Shown one piece after another: positions 1-9,843 of a stretch of DNA of 64,000 nucleotides. Made by a program: the position numbers and the translations under genes. Under the pieces are notes generated by a model, which was not told the origin of the DNA, searched no databases, and was given only the letters and a program-made list of their open reading frames with translations. This DNA is from Fimbriimonadales bacterium. Its GTDB lineage: Bacteria > Armatimonadota > Fimbriimonadia > Fimbriimonadales > JABRVX01. Within the stretch, counting starts at the first letter, position 1. Every line of letters starts with the position of its first letter. Location: contig BTVI01000004.1 in assembly GCA_045862955.1 (NCBI GenBank), forward strand, positions 43,770 through 107,769, written 5' to 3'.

Positions 1-251
1 CTTAACAGGAACTCAACCTAACCGGCTTCCTCATCGAACGCGAGAGCGTTCGGCGGGGAAGCCATTCTCATTGCGCCTATCCTACACCGCTGCGGTCTCT
101 GCGCCTGCTTTGCGCAGCTCTGCGTGAGCACCCGAGCCCCATCCTACACCCGCATTAGTTCCTGCTTTGCCGGAGATCGGCGCGCTCGGCACGGCACTTG
201 CACTCCCCCTAGGCGAACCACGCTTTAGGACCTTGCCGAGGAGAGCACAGC

Positions 252-902
252 ATGAGAACAGCAACATTAGCCGCAACGTTCGCCGCAGGGGCCCTGTGTT
301 TGGCCCTGCCCGCTGCAGCGAACACCTACGCAGGCAGCGACTGGACACTGGAGTACAACCTCAACGGGCAGATCGAGCTATCGGCCTCGCTCATCGACTT
401 CGCCAGCGGGAACCAGACGACACCCGTGACCGCCCTTGACATCGCAGGTGGCGCCAATTTCGGGATCACCGTTCCGCTGCCCCTCGACATAGACATGTAC
501 GAGGTGGACTGGAACGGCAACTCGACCCTCGGGGACATCGGTGACCGCCTCCTCCGAGTGTACGGGGATGACCCGGGCGAGACGCCGGTCGTGATTGACG
601 GCTCATACCTGGCCTGGATGAACCCGGTGCTGGCCGACTACGATCTGGAGATCACGCTCGCACGCATCTCCACCACCATCATGGCCAAGAACGGCGCGCG
701 AGTGTATGATCTGCGTGACGGTAAGGGCTTCGTTCTCGAGGGCTACGCCTGGGCCAAGCCCGGCACGGGGCGCGAGGACGGCACCCTGGCCGCATCGTCC
801 AAGTTCTTCCTGACCCGGCCAGTGCCCGAACCGAGCACCCTGGCAGGCCTTGCCATCGGACTTACTACCCTCCTGAGTCTGCGAGCACGCCGCAGGGCGT
901 GA
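252..902 (+). CDS. PEP-CTERM sorting domain surface protein
   Basis: N-terminal signal peptide (ALPAAA); C-terminal VPEPSTL, TM helix and basic tail RARRRA; GAGGAG RBS. Confidence 0.9.
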   Translation: MRTATLAATFAAGALCLALPAAANTYAGSDWTLEYNLNGQIELSASLIDFASGNQTTPVTALDIAGGANFGITVPLPLDIDMYEVDWNGNSTLGDIGDRLLRVYGDDPGETPVVIDGSYLAWMNPVLADYDLEITLARISTTIMAKNGARVYDLRDGKGFVLEGYAWAKPGTGREDGTLAASSKFFLTRPVPEPSTLAGLAIGLTTLLSLRARRRA

Positions 903-922
903 GAGTGACTGGGCCTAACCGC

Positions 923-957
923 CTCCCCCACCGGTGTCCCCGCAGCCGGTGGGGGAG
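923..957. terminator. Hairpin between convergent genes, probable terminator
   Basis: ctcccccaccgg ... ccggtgggggag 12-bp stem. Confidence 0.6.
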
Positions 958-977
958 CGTTCATTTGGAAAGGGAGT

Positions 978-3900
978 CTATTGGATGGGCCAAGCGCCGT
1001 GCGCTTCGATCACTTCGTCTATCTGCTTCATGATCTGCTGCGTCTCGCGCAGATTGGCGACGATGGCGGTGTAGTGCTGTAGGTCGTCGTACGAGAGCGT
1101 GCGGCCCTTGCGGTCCCTCAGCCACTTCTCGCAGGGCTGGTACCCACCGATGCGGTGCTCCCACACAGCTTGCGGCACCGGCGCGAAGTACTGAGACTTG
1201 TTGATGTACACGCGGCCATTCGGGACTCGGTTTGGGAGTGCGCGAGCCTGCTCGCGCTCTGCGCTTTCTGCCGGGGCCTGCACGGCGTCCGAAAGCGCGA
1301 GCGAGCTCGCGCACTCCCAAAGCTTCCCTGCCTCGGCTCCGCGCACGTACTGCACCTTCTCCACCTTGTTGTCGCCCTTCACGGGGAATAGGGGTGGGTC
1401 CGCGGCGGTCTGCTTCATCGTATGAAGGCCAACGAGCCGCTCGCCGAGCGGAACCAGCGCGCGCCATAGGTCGGGGTTGGACGTAAGTGGGATGCGCGGG
1501 AAGTCGAGCTTCAGGAACTCGGCGTAGCGGCTGCGGTACGTCGGCGAGTGTAGGATGGCGTAAATGTAGTGGAAGATGTCCTCGGGCGGCACGTGCTGCC
1601 CACCGAGCGCTCCATAAACCGACTGCAGGAAGTCGTGCGAGAGATTCGGCTCGCGCAACAGACCTCTCGCGCCCTCGTGGTCGAGCCAGAGCGGCACAAG
1701 ATAGCCGATTTCGGCTGTGCGGTTTGATACGTAGCACGACTCCACTACGTGGTCGGCTGCTAGTACATGCACCCAATCCCCCACGGACGTCTGGCGGGTA
1801 GCTACCAGCCCCAGGTTCTCCCCCGCCAGCATGTATCGCATGACGTCACCGCGCGGCATGCAGTGGAAGCCGCGGGATCGGCCGGTGTAGTACGTCCACC
1901 GCACGTCAAACGGGCGGTACAACACGGGCACGATCCTATCCTCGCTCGGTCCGCTGTCACGCAAGTCCTTCTGCGCGATGTGCACCTTCCAATCCCGGGC
2001 GTCCGGCCCTAGCCGGTACTTGGCGCGAGCCTCCTCGGCAGGTAGCCCGACGAAGTCGAGAACCGTGTTCCACAGGTCGGCCTTTGCGAAATGGATCGTA
2101 AGACTATCACGCGCGGTTACGATGCCCACGCTGTTCACCGGGAAGATGTCAGGTAGCTTCCAGCCCTGCTCATACTCTTGGCGCAGTGCGTCGTCCCGCG
2201 GCACGAACAGATAGAAGGTACTACCTGGCGACAGCGTGGTCCAGTCGGTGGTAGTGACGTCTTCGGCTGCCAGGTATTCGTACTTCGCCTCGCGCCTCCC
2301 GTACAGGTCGGCGTGGAACACCCTCTTCTCGCCCGAGCCACGTTTCACGAAGATGCCGATGGCTACCCCCTGCTGGATCTCGAACACGTTCTCGTCCGGC
2401 CCGCCGTCCGGCGCCTTCTCCTTCTTCTTCGTGTTGCCGTGCAGGTCAAGCAGGTAGATGTCGTCGAAGGCGCGCATCAGGCTCTGCCTCATGCCACGGA
2501 AGGTGGGGTTGTCCAGGTATCCGTGGTTGCTGACGAACGCCAGGATGCCGTAGCCGGTGCGCTCGATTCGCCACTGGGCGAAGCGGATGAACTTCACATA
2601 GTCGTCGTTCAGCCACTTCGGGTTCCTCTCGCCGAGCGGCTTGCCATCGCAGAGGAAGTAGCTGCTCTGCCCCAGGTGCTCCCCCTGCCCTCGCATCAGG
2701 TCGTGAATCCACTTCCCCTTGTTCGCACTGTGGCCGGAGTAGGGTGGATTCCCGAGGATCACCATCACCGGCACATCCTTCTTCACTCGTCCCGCCGCCG
2801 CCGCTTCTGCCACCAGCCAGTAGGTGTGCGGTAGGCCCGGCTGCGCCGTGAACGCCTGCTCCAACGTGTTGGTCAGATATACGTTCAGGCGTTCGTCCGA
2901 GTGGAAGGTATATCCGCTGTCCAGAAGTTGCAGGCCCAGCTTCATGTGCGCGACGGTGTACGGGGCGACGAGCAGCTCGAAGCCGTACAGCCGGGGGAGC
3001 AGGTGCTCCGCCACGTATCTCGGCCACATCCCCTCGTTCCCGACGAAGGTTTCGCGGATCAGATCAATCACCTTGAATAGGAAGGTGCCCGTGCCCGCGG
3101 CGGGGTCCAAGATCTGCACCTTGTGCACTTCCGGCTCTTCCAGCGTGGCGCCCGGCACCTTGGTAGCATCCGCCAGGCCGTCCTTCAGCCCGAAGTCCCG
3201 CTTCAGGATGGCGTCCACGCTGCGCACGATGTAAGACACCACCGGCTCCGGAGTGTAGTACACGCCGCGCGTCTCCCGCATCTTGGGGTCGTATTCGCCG
3301 AGGAAGGTCTCGTAGAAGTGCACCACGGGGTCGTCCTGCTTGGTGCGCTTGCCGAACTCCGCCAGGATGGCGCCGGTGTCCGTGCGGTTCAGCATCTCCG
3401 CGAGGTCGTCCACGGCCCAGCAGAATGGCTGGTCCTCGATTTCCGTTCCCGCGATGGTTTCGAAGAACTTGCGTAGGAAGGGGTTGGTCTTCGGGAGATC
3501 GTATGGCGCGTCGCGGCGAGTGAAGCGCCCCTTGCCCAGATCGTGGTAGCAGCGGGCGGTAAACAGGCCGTAGCAGAGGGTCTGCGCGTACATGTCGGCG
3601 AACTGCGCTTCATCCAGGTCGCCCACGAGCACGTACCGGAAGGATGCAATCTGCTGGTGCAGGTGGCTTGTCTTGCTGTCGGTCTCTAGCGCCCTCCTTA
3701 CTCCCTCCCGAATGAGGCGCGAGTAGCCCGCCATGCGCCCGGCCAACTCCCTGGGGTTCGCGGGGCAGGGGCCCTGGAAGGCCATGAACTGCGTGGTCAG
3801 CTCCTCGAGCAGGTCGGCCCCGTGCTTGCTAGGCTTCAGCTTGCCGTCTTTGTCGAGGGTGGCGACGCGGGCCTTCATCCGCACCTCGCCGCCCGCGATC

Positions 3901-4220
3901 CAGCGGAACTCCAGGTAGTCGGTGAGGATGAGGCTGGAAAGGCCCTCCACGTAGCGCGCGACTTGCTCGGACTTCGTGACTTTGTCGAGGTCCGTGCCGA
4001 CGTCCTTGGCTTCCACGTAGCCGATGGGGACGTTGCCCTGCGTGATGACGAAATCGGGCGCGCCGCACTCCACGTGCCTGGGCTCATTGGTGGCGGTGCA
4101 GCCGGGCATCAGCGCCTCGAGAAGCGTCTTTAGCGCGGGGCGGTGGGTGTGCTCCGTGGCGTGGCCGACATCGAGTTCCTTGCCGATGCTTTTCAGGTAG
4201 TCGGCAATGACGTTCATCAC
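978..4220 (-). CDS. Type IIG-like restriction-modification enzyme (PD-(D/E)XK nuclease, N6-adenine MTase, Type ISP-like C-terminal specificity domain)
   Basis: GAPDF...GYVEAK nuclease motif; GVYYTP; ILDPAAGTGTFL (motif I); GNPPY (motif IV); YRPFD and DFPRIP C-terminal motifs; no helicase motifs. Confidence 0.88.
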   Translation of the reverse strand: MMNVIADYLKSIGKELDVGHATEHTHRPALKTLLEALMPGCTATNEPRHVECGAPDFVITQGNVPIGYVEAKDVGTDLDKVTKSEQVARYVEGLSSLILTDYLEFRWIAGGEVRMKARVATLDKDGKLKPSKHGADLLEELTTQFMAFQGPCPANPRELAGRMAGYSRLIREGVRRALETDSKTSHLHQQIASFRYVLVGDLDEAQFADMYAQTLCYGLFTARCYHDLGKGRFTRRDAPYDLPKTNPFLRKFFETIAGTEIEDQPFCWAVDDLAEMLNRTDTGAILAEFGKRTKQDDPVVHFYETFLGEYDPKMRETRGVYYTPEPVVSYIVRSVDAILKRDFGLKDGLADATKVPGATLEEPEVHKVQILDPAAGTGTFLFKVIDLIRETFVGNEGMWPRYVAEHLLPRLYGFELLVAPYTVAHMKLGLQLLDSGYTFHSDERLNVYLTNTLEQAFTAQPGLPHTYWLVAEAAAAGRVKKDVPVMVILGNPPYSGHSANKGKWIHDLMRGQGEHLGQSSYFLCDGKPLGERNPKWLNDDYVKFIRFAQWRIERTGYGILAFVSNHGYLDNPTFRGMRQSLMRAFDDIYLLDLHGNTKKKEKAPDGGPDENVFEIQQGVAIGIFVKRGSGEKRVFHADLYGRREAKYEYLAAEDVTTTDWTTLSPGSTFYLFVPRDDALRQEYEQGWKLPDIFPVNSVGIVTARDSLTIHFAKADLWNTVLDFVGLPAEEARAKYRLGPDARDWKVHIAQKDLRDSGPSEDRIVPVLYRPFDVRWTYYTGRSRGFHCMPRGDVMRYMLAGENLGLVATRQTSVGDWVHVLAADHVVESCYVSNRTAEIGYLVPLWLDHEGARGLLREPNLSHDFLQSVYGALGGQHVPPEDIFHYIYAILHSPTYRSRYAEFLKLDFPRIPLTSNPDLWRALVPLGERLVGLHTMKQTAADPPLFPVKGDNKVEKVQYVRGAEAGKLWECASSLALSDAVQAPAESAEREQARALPNRVPNGRVYINKSQYFAPVPQAVWEHRIGGYQPCEKWLRDRKGRTLSYDDLQHYTAIVANLRETQQIMKQIDEVIEAHGAWPIQ
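1231..1321. repeat. REPIN-like palindromic element inserted in frame in the R-M gene
   Basis: tttgggagtgcgcgagcctgctcgcgct ... agcgcgagcgagctcgcgcactcccaaa terminal inverted repeats. Confidence 0.75.
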
Positions 4221-4307
4221 CGCAAGAGGTTAGCGAATCCGGGCAGTTGTCCTGCCACTCCGTTCCGGTAGACTCCATCCACTTCAGCCGAATAGGGGGA
4301 TGGAGGG

Positions 4308-4787
4308 ATGGCATTATCGCCCACGACCAAGCAGCGACTCGAGATGCAAGGGTTTACGGGGTTAGACGAGGCAACTTTGTGCAGCGTCGAGCCGGCAGCT
4401 AGGCTGACGCCGCTGCTCTGTTCACTCTCAGCCCTGATCACCGGTCTGAGCGCCTCGGCATACGTCGCATGGGTGTTTGCCGCGCTCGGAATCTTGGGAG
4501 CCGTCTTCCCCCGTCACGCTTTCGACTCGCTGTACAACTTCGTGCTTCGCCCTCTCTTCCGAGGGCCCGCGTTGCCGCCCAACGGCGGCGGCAGGCGGTT
4601 AGCCTGCGGCATGGGCGGGTTGATGCTGGCAGGCGCCGGATGGGCGTTTTGGGCCGGTGCGACCACGTTGGGCTACGTGCTGTGCGGGATCATGACCGTG
4701 ATGGCAGCGACCGCCGGACTTACCCACTTCTGCCTAGCGGCGTTGATCTACCGTGCGGTTTTCGGGCGGCGCGGCCCGGCAACCTAG
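4308..4787 (+). CDS. DUF4395-like membrane protein
   Basis: Four hydrophobic helices, C-terminal FCL..IY motif, GGAGG RBS. Confidence 0.65.
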   Translation: MALSPTTKQRLEMQGFTGLDEATLCSVEPAARLTPLLCSLSALITGLSASAYVAWVFAALGILGAVFPRHAFDSLYNFVLRPLFRGPALPPNGGGRRLACGMGGLMLAGAGWAFWAGATTLGYVLCGIMTVMAATAGLTHFCLAALIYRAVFGRRGPAT

Positions 4788-4791
4788 TTGA

Positions 4792-5250
4792 TTAGAACTC
4801 GAAATTGGGCTCTTCCCTTTCCGGCACCGGCCTACCCATCTGCTTGTAGATCGCCTCGCTCTGCTGAATCAGTGCCGCCGCACGCTCGTTTTTCGGGTCC
4901 ACTTCCACCGCCTTGCGGAACATCTGCAGCGCCTGTCGGAATTTGGTGCTACGGGACAGTTCCGGCGCATTCTGGATTGCATCCCCCAGTTCCGTGAGCG
5001 CCTTGGAGTACGCCTGCGAAACGGCCACGTCCTTAGGGGCCTTCTCGTATTTGGCCTTGGCCTCCAGCGTGGAATCACGCAGACGGATGAGCGCTTCCGG
5101 CACCGTGGCACCTGGCTGTCCGTGCGGGTTCTGGATCGGTGGGTGCTGAGGCGGGGGCTCGCTGGTCTTCTCGGGCAGTGGGCCGTTGCACCCCAATAGG
5201 AGCGAAGCCGCCACCAAGGTCAGGATGGTACTAACGCGCTTGATTACCAC
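4792..5250 (-). CDS. TPR-containing lipoprotein
   Basis: Lipobox LLGC; ALQMFRKAVEVDPKN TPR signature; GTG start at 5250 with GGAGG. Confidence 0.7.
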   Translation of the reverse strand: MVIKRVSTILTLVAASLLLGCNGPLPEKTSEPPPQHPPIQNPHGQPGATVPEALIRLRDSTLEAKAKYEKAPKDVAVSQAYSKALTELGDAIQNAPELSRSTKFRQALQMFRKAVEVDPKNERAAALIQQSEAIYKQMGRPVPEREEPNFEF

Positions 5251-5785
5251 TAATCGCCTCCTGGCGCAGAACCTTCGGGTCCAGCGCAGTGTCTTCCAGG
5301 TTCTCATTGAACGTCACGAAACCGTTCTCGTCGTTCGCCCTCAGCGTTAGCTTCGCACCGCCGCGGACGTACACGACTTCTATCCAGCCCTCTCCCTTTT
5401 TGCGCGTCCCTTTGCCGAGCCGCTTCTCGTACTCGGCGAAGGCGTCCTCTGCCTCGGCAAGGCTCTCCATCACGACGCGGTGGATCATCTTCACCGCACC
5501 CTTGCCAGGAACGAAGGCGGCAGCGAAGCTCTCTTGGCTCGGCAGCTCCCACGCCATGTACTCCAGACCGGGCTCGGCACCCACCTGTTCGGCGATGTCC
5601 TTGGCATCGGGCGGCGCGGGCACCGCCTCTTGGACCTCCTCCGGTGTCGCACCTAAGAAAACTGGCTTCACACCGATCAGTTGCAGCTTCGGTGGTGCCT
5701 CCCGACTAGTCTCGGGCTTCGGCTTAGCGCCCGAGCAGCCGCCCAGCAGCACTCCTAGAACCGCGATCATCAGCAGTCTGCTCAC
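5231..5785 (-). CDS. Hypothetical lipoprotein
   Basis: Lipobox LGGC; overlaps neighbours, so operonic. Confidence 0.7.
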   Translation of the reverse strand: MSRLLMIAVLGVLLGGCSGAKPKPETSREAPPKLQLIGVKPVFLGATPEEVQEAVPAPPDAKDIAEQVGAEPGLEYMAWELPSQESFAAAFVPGKGAVKMIHRVVMESLAEAEDAFAEYEKRLGKGTRKKGEGWIEVVYVRGGAKLTLRANDENGFVTFNENLEDTALDPKVLRQEAISGNQAR

Positions 5786-6393
5786 TGCTTCTTTCGCTCT
5801 CTCATTGCACGGAGCGCCTCTTGCATGGCCTTCACGTGCTCGGAATCGATCAAGGTCGCTGTAAAGCGGTGGTCAGAACCCGACTGGATGGTCTCCAGCT
5901 TCAGACGGCAAACATCCTGTTCGCGTCCATAGTTACGGATGGTTCTTCCAGGCTGCCGTTCTACGACCGGCTCGCCGAAGCTCTTCTCATACCTCTGAGC
6001 CCATAGCGTCGCGTCAGCGCTCGCCACCGGTGCGATGCTGTGGCTAATTTCTACGAGGCGTCCGTCTCGGAAGTAGGCAATCAGCGTCTGCGCCGGGCTC
6101 TGCCTGGTGCCATCGGGCTGCACCCACGCTAGCATGTCGAAGCCCGAGGGTAGTTCAGCGTCCGGCAGTTCCTTTGCACCGTGCGGCATGGGGTAGGCAT
6201 TCTGGACTTCAGTGCGAGTCGCCCCCAGCCGCACTGCCACCGATCCGTTCGCGTCGAGCAGTGCGAACCGAGCACGGTCGGTATTCGGGGAAGGCGCCGC
6301 GCTGGAAGGAGCTACCTCCGGGGGGCCGCTTCTGCACCCGGCCAGCAGCGCCGCACAACAGCAGACGAGGAGAAGGGGGATTCCGTGTCTCAT
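5782..6393 (-). CDS. Hypothetical lipoprotein (weak similarity to the downstream lipoprotein)
   Basis: Lipobox LAGC; shares LGAT..EV...P.P..AK and YEK..G with 5231-5785. Confidence 0.7.
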   Translation of the reverse strand: MRHGIPLLLVCCCAALLAGCRSGPPEVAPSSAAPSPNTDRARFALLDANGSVAVRLGATRTEVQNAYPMPHGAKELPDAELPSGFDMLAWVQPDGTRQSPAQTLIAYFRDGRLVEISHSIAPVASADATLWAQRYEKSFGEPVVERQPGRTIRNYGREQDVCRLKLETIQSGSDHRFTATLIDSEHVKAMQEALRAMRERKKQ

Positions 6394-6459
6394 AAGCTAG
6401 CTGCCGCACGGCGAAGTGCCGTGCGGCAATCGTCGTTGCTAACGTCCGATGACGTCTGC

Positions 6460-6735
6460 CTAGTTGCCGCCCCCCGTTCCCGTTGCAGGAGGCGTCCCAC
6501 CCTCGGTAGGAGTCTTGGCGCCCTCGTCGCCGGCTGGCGGCGTGGTGGACGTACCGGTGTCGCCCGTCCCAGTTTCGGTCGGGGGAGTCGTAGTGGCGTC
6601 TCCGCCGCTCGGCGTCTCAGGCTTCTGCATCTCGTTCTGGTCACCGCCGCCATTCGTCGTCTCGGCGCCCTTGCAGCCGCCCACGATTCCGATGGCGATG
6701 CAGGCGAGCATCAGCCATGCGATCTTTCTCAACAT
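6460..6735 (-). CDS. Small low-complexity Thr/Gly/Pro-rich lipoprotein
   Basis: Signal peptide with VGGC lipobox followed by a disordered tail. Confidence 0.65.
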   Translation of the reverse strand: MLRKIAWLMLACIAIGIVGGCKGAETTNGGGDQNEMQKPETPSGGDATTTPPTETGTGDTGTSTTPPAGDEGAKTPTEGGTPPATGTGGGN

Positions 6736-6855
6736 CTGCTTGATCCTCCGTTCATTCTGCTGGTCGGCGGCGCGGGCCTTGCGGCCCAGCACTTCCGTGC
6801 CGCCGACAATGGCATTCTACCCACAAAACGACTAGGTTCTGCGCAAGTGGTGGTC

Positions 6856-7998
6856 CTAGGACGTTCCGGGAGCACGGAGCGAGTTCACCGCAGCGTCCAT
6901 CTCCCGGCAACGTCTGACGGCCTCGGTAACCGAGAGCCTCTCGTATGGCGACGCAGAGTGTGCTTGGAAGACTCGCCTAGCCTTCTCCGGCATGGCCTGG
7001 AGGATGGCCTCCTCCGAAGCGGACGGGGGCAACCCCAGGAGACGGCCAGCCCGACGCAGGGCATCCTGTCGAACCGACTGCAACGCGGGGCCCGCAAGGC
7101 CGGCCTCTCCATAGAGGCGGGCCAAGGCTGCGACATAGTCTCCGAGAGGTGGCGGCTGCTTCGGCCGATGGGCTGGGTATCCCAAGCGTGAGCCTTGGGA
7201 GATCGCCAGAACCCCGAATAGCAGCAGAGCGTGGTACACGAGGGCGCGCCCCGGCCGCCCGATGCGTCCCCACAGGCTCGCCGACTCGTCCTCCACAACG
7301 CCGTGGATCGTCTCGTCGAAAGCGACCGAGTGAGCCCCGCGGGCTGCCAGTCCGATCAGCCGGATCGCGGCCTCGGCGTGGTCCGCTTTGCCGAGGTGTT
7401 CGTTCGTGAACGGAGCGGCGTCTGCGACTGCCACCAGCCATCCCTCGCCGTACGCCCGAGCTACGGCTACCGGCTCGGCGCCTCTCGCCATAAGAACGAT
7501 CCAGCCATGGTCATACTGACGGAGAGCGCGGCGGGTAACCACTTGGACGCCGCCCATTGCGGGATGAACCGAGCAAGCAGGTCCCCGTGCAAAGACCGGG
7601 GACAGTCCGATCTTCTCTCTGACCCTGGGAAGTTCTGCCGCCCCGAACAGGACGACGGTGGACCCGGATCGCGCCAGCGCTAGCACGGACTCCCAGCCCG
7701 GCGGGCGGTCGTCTTCTTGCACGCGAAGTTGCCTGCCCGGGGCAAGCCCGCCCGCCGCGAGCACCAGAACCGGCGGCGCCTCTCGGATGCGGTCCAGCGG
7801 TGTGCGCGAACGCCACACCTCGTAGCCCATCGCTGCCGCCAAGCGGTACAAGGCCGCCAATCCGCCTGGTCCGGTGGAGTACGTCGAGCGGGAATCCGGA
7901 TCGCGCTGCCGCCTAGACAGGATGGATGCGCCCCCGAAGATGGTGAGGAGAATTCCAGCAATCAGGATGCCCGCAATGATTCTTCCGCCGAGCCTCAT
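6856..7998 (-). CDS. DUF4350 domain membrane protein
   Basis: STYSTGPGGLAAL, FTNEHL...DHA, FDETIHG, C-terminal TM then YVAALARLY. Confidence 0.75.
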   Translation of the reverse strand: MRLGGRIIAGILIAGILLTIFGGASILSRRQRDPDSRSTYSTGPGGLAALYRLAAAMGYEVWRSRTPLDRIREAPPVLVLAAGGLAPGRQLRVQEDDRPPGWESVLALARSGSTVVLFGAAELPRVREKIGLSPVFARGPACSVHPAMGGVQVVTRRALRQYDHGWIVLMARGAEPVAVARAYGEGWLVAVADAAPFTNEHLGKADHAEAAIRLIGLAARGAHSVAFDETIHGVVEDESASLWGRIGRPGRALVYHALLLFGVLAISQGSRLGYPAHRPKQPPPLGDYVAALARLYGEAGLAGPALQSVRQDALRRAGRLLGLPPSASEEAILQAMPEKARRVFQAHSASPYERLSVTEAVRRCREMDAAVNSLRAPGTS

Positions 7999-8921
7999 CG
8001 GGCAATCTCCTGGCAGGCGGCGTCGACACGCTCGAAGTGCTCTCTCGCCTCATGCACCTGTTCTGCCGTGACATGGCCCGATCCGTACCAAGCCCCGTCG
8101 TAGGCCAATACCAGCGGCTGCAGGTGCGCAAAGCGCGCTGCGTCGTGCCGACGCGCACGGCGAACGTACTCTCCGTTTGTTAGGCCCGGCTCATGGCGAA
8201 TGATGCCTGCTTCGTCTAGTCTTGCCAAAGCGGCAAGCAACAGGTAGCGCAGTGCAGCCCTGAGGTCGCCGAGAGCCGCCGATTCGTCTGCGAGCCGAAG
8301 CCACTCGCGGGAGCTCGCCTGCGTGTACGGGTGGTTGCCGCCTGCCCTGTGTCCCTTCGCCGAGGCTTCGACGGCTGCCAGACGCCGCAGCACCACCACC
8401 GTCACCCCCACAGCGACTGCCACCGCCGCGGCGACAAACCCCACCCACGTCAGGAAGCTGTCCAGAGCCGCCGCACTCGGGGCGAGTCGAGAGGTGAGGC
8501 TTGCGAGCCACTGCAGGAAGCGCTGAATCCGTTCGGCAAGCCACTCACCGAGGGTTCGGCGATCGGAAGGCGGCGCGAACACAGGGTCTTGCAGGATGCG
8601 GCGGGTCTGCTCCGACACGCCGGCAGGGATGGGTGGCATCTCCAGCCTGTCGAGTCGACGAAGGTTCATCAGCGTTCGGAGAGCTTCATCGCGCTTCGCC
8701 GAGTCGCCCGAAAGCGCAGCCTGCAGGTCGGGATCCCGAAATCCTGCTTCGATCAGTTCCGTAGCCACCTTAACCCGCTCGGACTGGCTGCCGTGTGTTA
8801 GTGCACGCTCCGCTCGCTGCAGCAGCTCGCCGTGGTCCGCGAGGAGGCTACAGCAAGTACTCAGAAGCAGCAGGCTCGCGACGAAGGTTCTTCGCCAGCA
8901 GCTCCACATCGAAGGCCTCAT
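7995..8921 (-). CDS. DUF4129 domain protein
   Basis: ALRYLLLAALARL, TNGEY, YDGAWYG motifs. Confidence 0.75.
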   Translation of the reverse strand: MRPSMWSCWRRTFVASLLLLSTCCSLLADHGELLQRAERALTHGSQSERVKVATELIEAGFRDPDLQAALSGDSAKRDEALRTLMNLRRLDRLEMPPIPAGVSEQTRRILQDPVFAPPSDRRTLGEWLAERIQRFLQWLASLTSRLAPSAAALDSFLTWVGFVAAAVAVAVGVTVVVLRRLAAVEASAKGHRAGGNHPYTQASSREWLRLADESAALGDLRAALRYLLLAALARLDEAGIIRHEPGLTNGEYVRRARRHDAARFAHLQPLVLAYDGAWYGSGHVTAEQVHEAREHFERVDAACQEIAR

Positions 8922-9828
8922 TCCTAATGCGAATGTCGAAGTATGTTAGCACGATGGCGGCGGACATGAAGGGGACTACCAGGATGCTGAGCGCACCCGA
9001 CAGCACCAGCTTAACCCCTTCTTGAAGTGCATTCACCCCACTCAGGCTGATGATCGGCTCGTCCGAGAAGAGCTGACCTCCGCCGAAGGGTAGAAACGTC
9101 ACGGACACGGCCAGCTCCGCGACGAGAGACAGCACCAGGCTCACGAGGCCCAGGAGGATGAGGATGCCGAGCGTGCGGAAAAACCGCGAGATGCCGAGTC
9201 GCACGCTGCGCGCGACCGCTCCGAGCACGCCGGCTTGCTCCACTACGATCACGGGCGCGACGAAGGCAAGTAGCACCGCAAGGAACAACGCCACGATCGA
9301 GAAACCACACATGCCGAGCAACACTATCACGGCTGCTGCATAGGGCGACATGTCACCCAAGGCCCCCACCACTCCGAGCGCCATCCCGAACACGCAGATG
9401 GAGGCGAATAGCGCCGTCCCTACCAGAAGGAAGCTACCGATTATCCGCCACATGTTGCCTGCGATACCACGTCGCACATCCTGTGCAGTGACCGGATTCC
9501 CGAGGTACCGTTCTGCGATCGCGTACGTGATCGCGGCCTGCTGATAGGCCCATGCGATGAGCGCCACCGGTGTTAGCAGCAGCCATGTCAGCGCGATGCC
9601 AAAGCCGACATCGGTCGGCTCTACCAAGTACAAGGGCGCAATCGCCGCAATAGAAGTCCAAGCAGTGATGATTAGCGCGGGGAGCCAGATCACCGAGAGG
9701 AAGAGCTTGGCATTTTCGCGATAGAGGCCGAGTGCCTCGTCGAAGATCTCGCCGACCCCCATGGGACGCAAACGGAATTCGCTGCGGCGCCTCGCCTTTC
9801 GCGTGAGCGGGGGCGGTTCAGTGCTCAC
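8848..9828 (-). CDS. Multi-pass membrane protein (LRP..GEI.D / YFDIRIR.E family)
   Basis: LRPMGVGEIFD, APVIVVE, YFDIRIRNEAFD; typical partner of DUF4129/DUF4350. Confidence 0.75.
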   Translation of the reverse strand: MSTEPPPLTRKARRRSEFRLRPMGVGEIFDEALGLYRENAKLFLSVIWLPALIITAWTSIAAIAPLYLVEPTDVGFGIALTWLLLTPVALIAWAYQQAAITYAIAERYLGNPVTAQDVRRGIAGNMWRIIGSFLLVGTALFASICVFGMALGVVGALGDMSPYAAAVIVLLGMCGFSIVALFLAVLLAFVAPVIVVEQAGVLGAVARSVRLGISRFFRTLGILILLGLVSLVLSLVAELAVSVTFLPFGGGQLFSDEPIISLSGVNALQEGVKLVLSGALSILVVPFMSAAIVLTYFDIRIRNEAFDVELLAKNLRREPAASEYLL

Positions 9829-9843
9829 CAGACCCGGCCTGGC

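Noticed and set aside
23..63. ncRNA at the window start
   Set aside because: Single hairpin (ggcttcc...ggaagcc); context lies outside the window, so it cannot be assigned
978..4220. Type ISP enzyme or multi-gene defence island
   Set aside because: No helicase/ATPase motifs and no other recognisable defence genes adjacent
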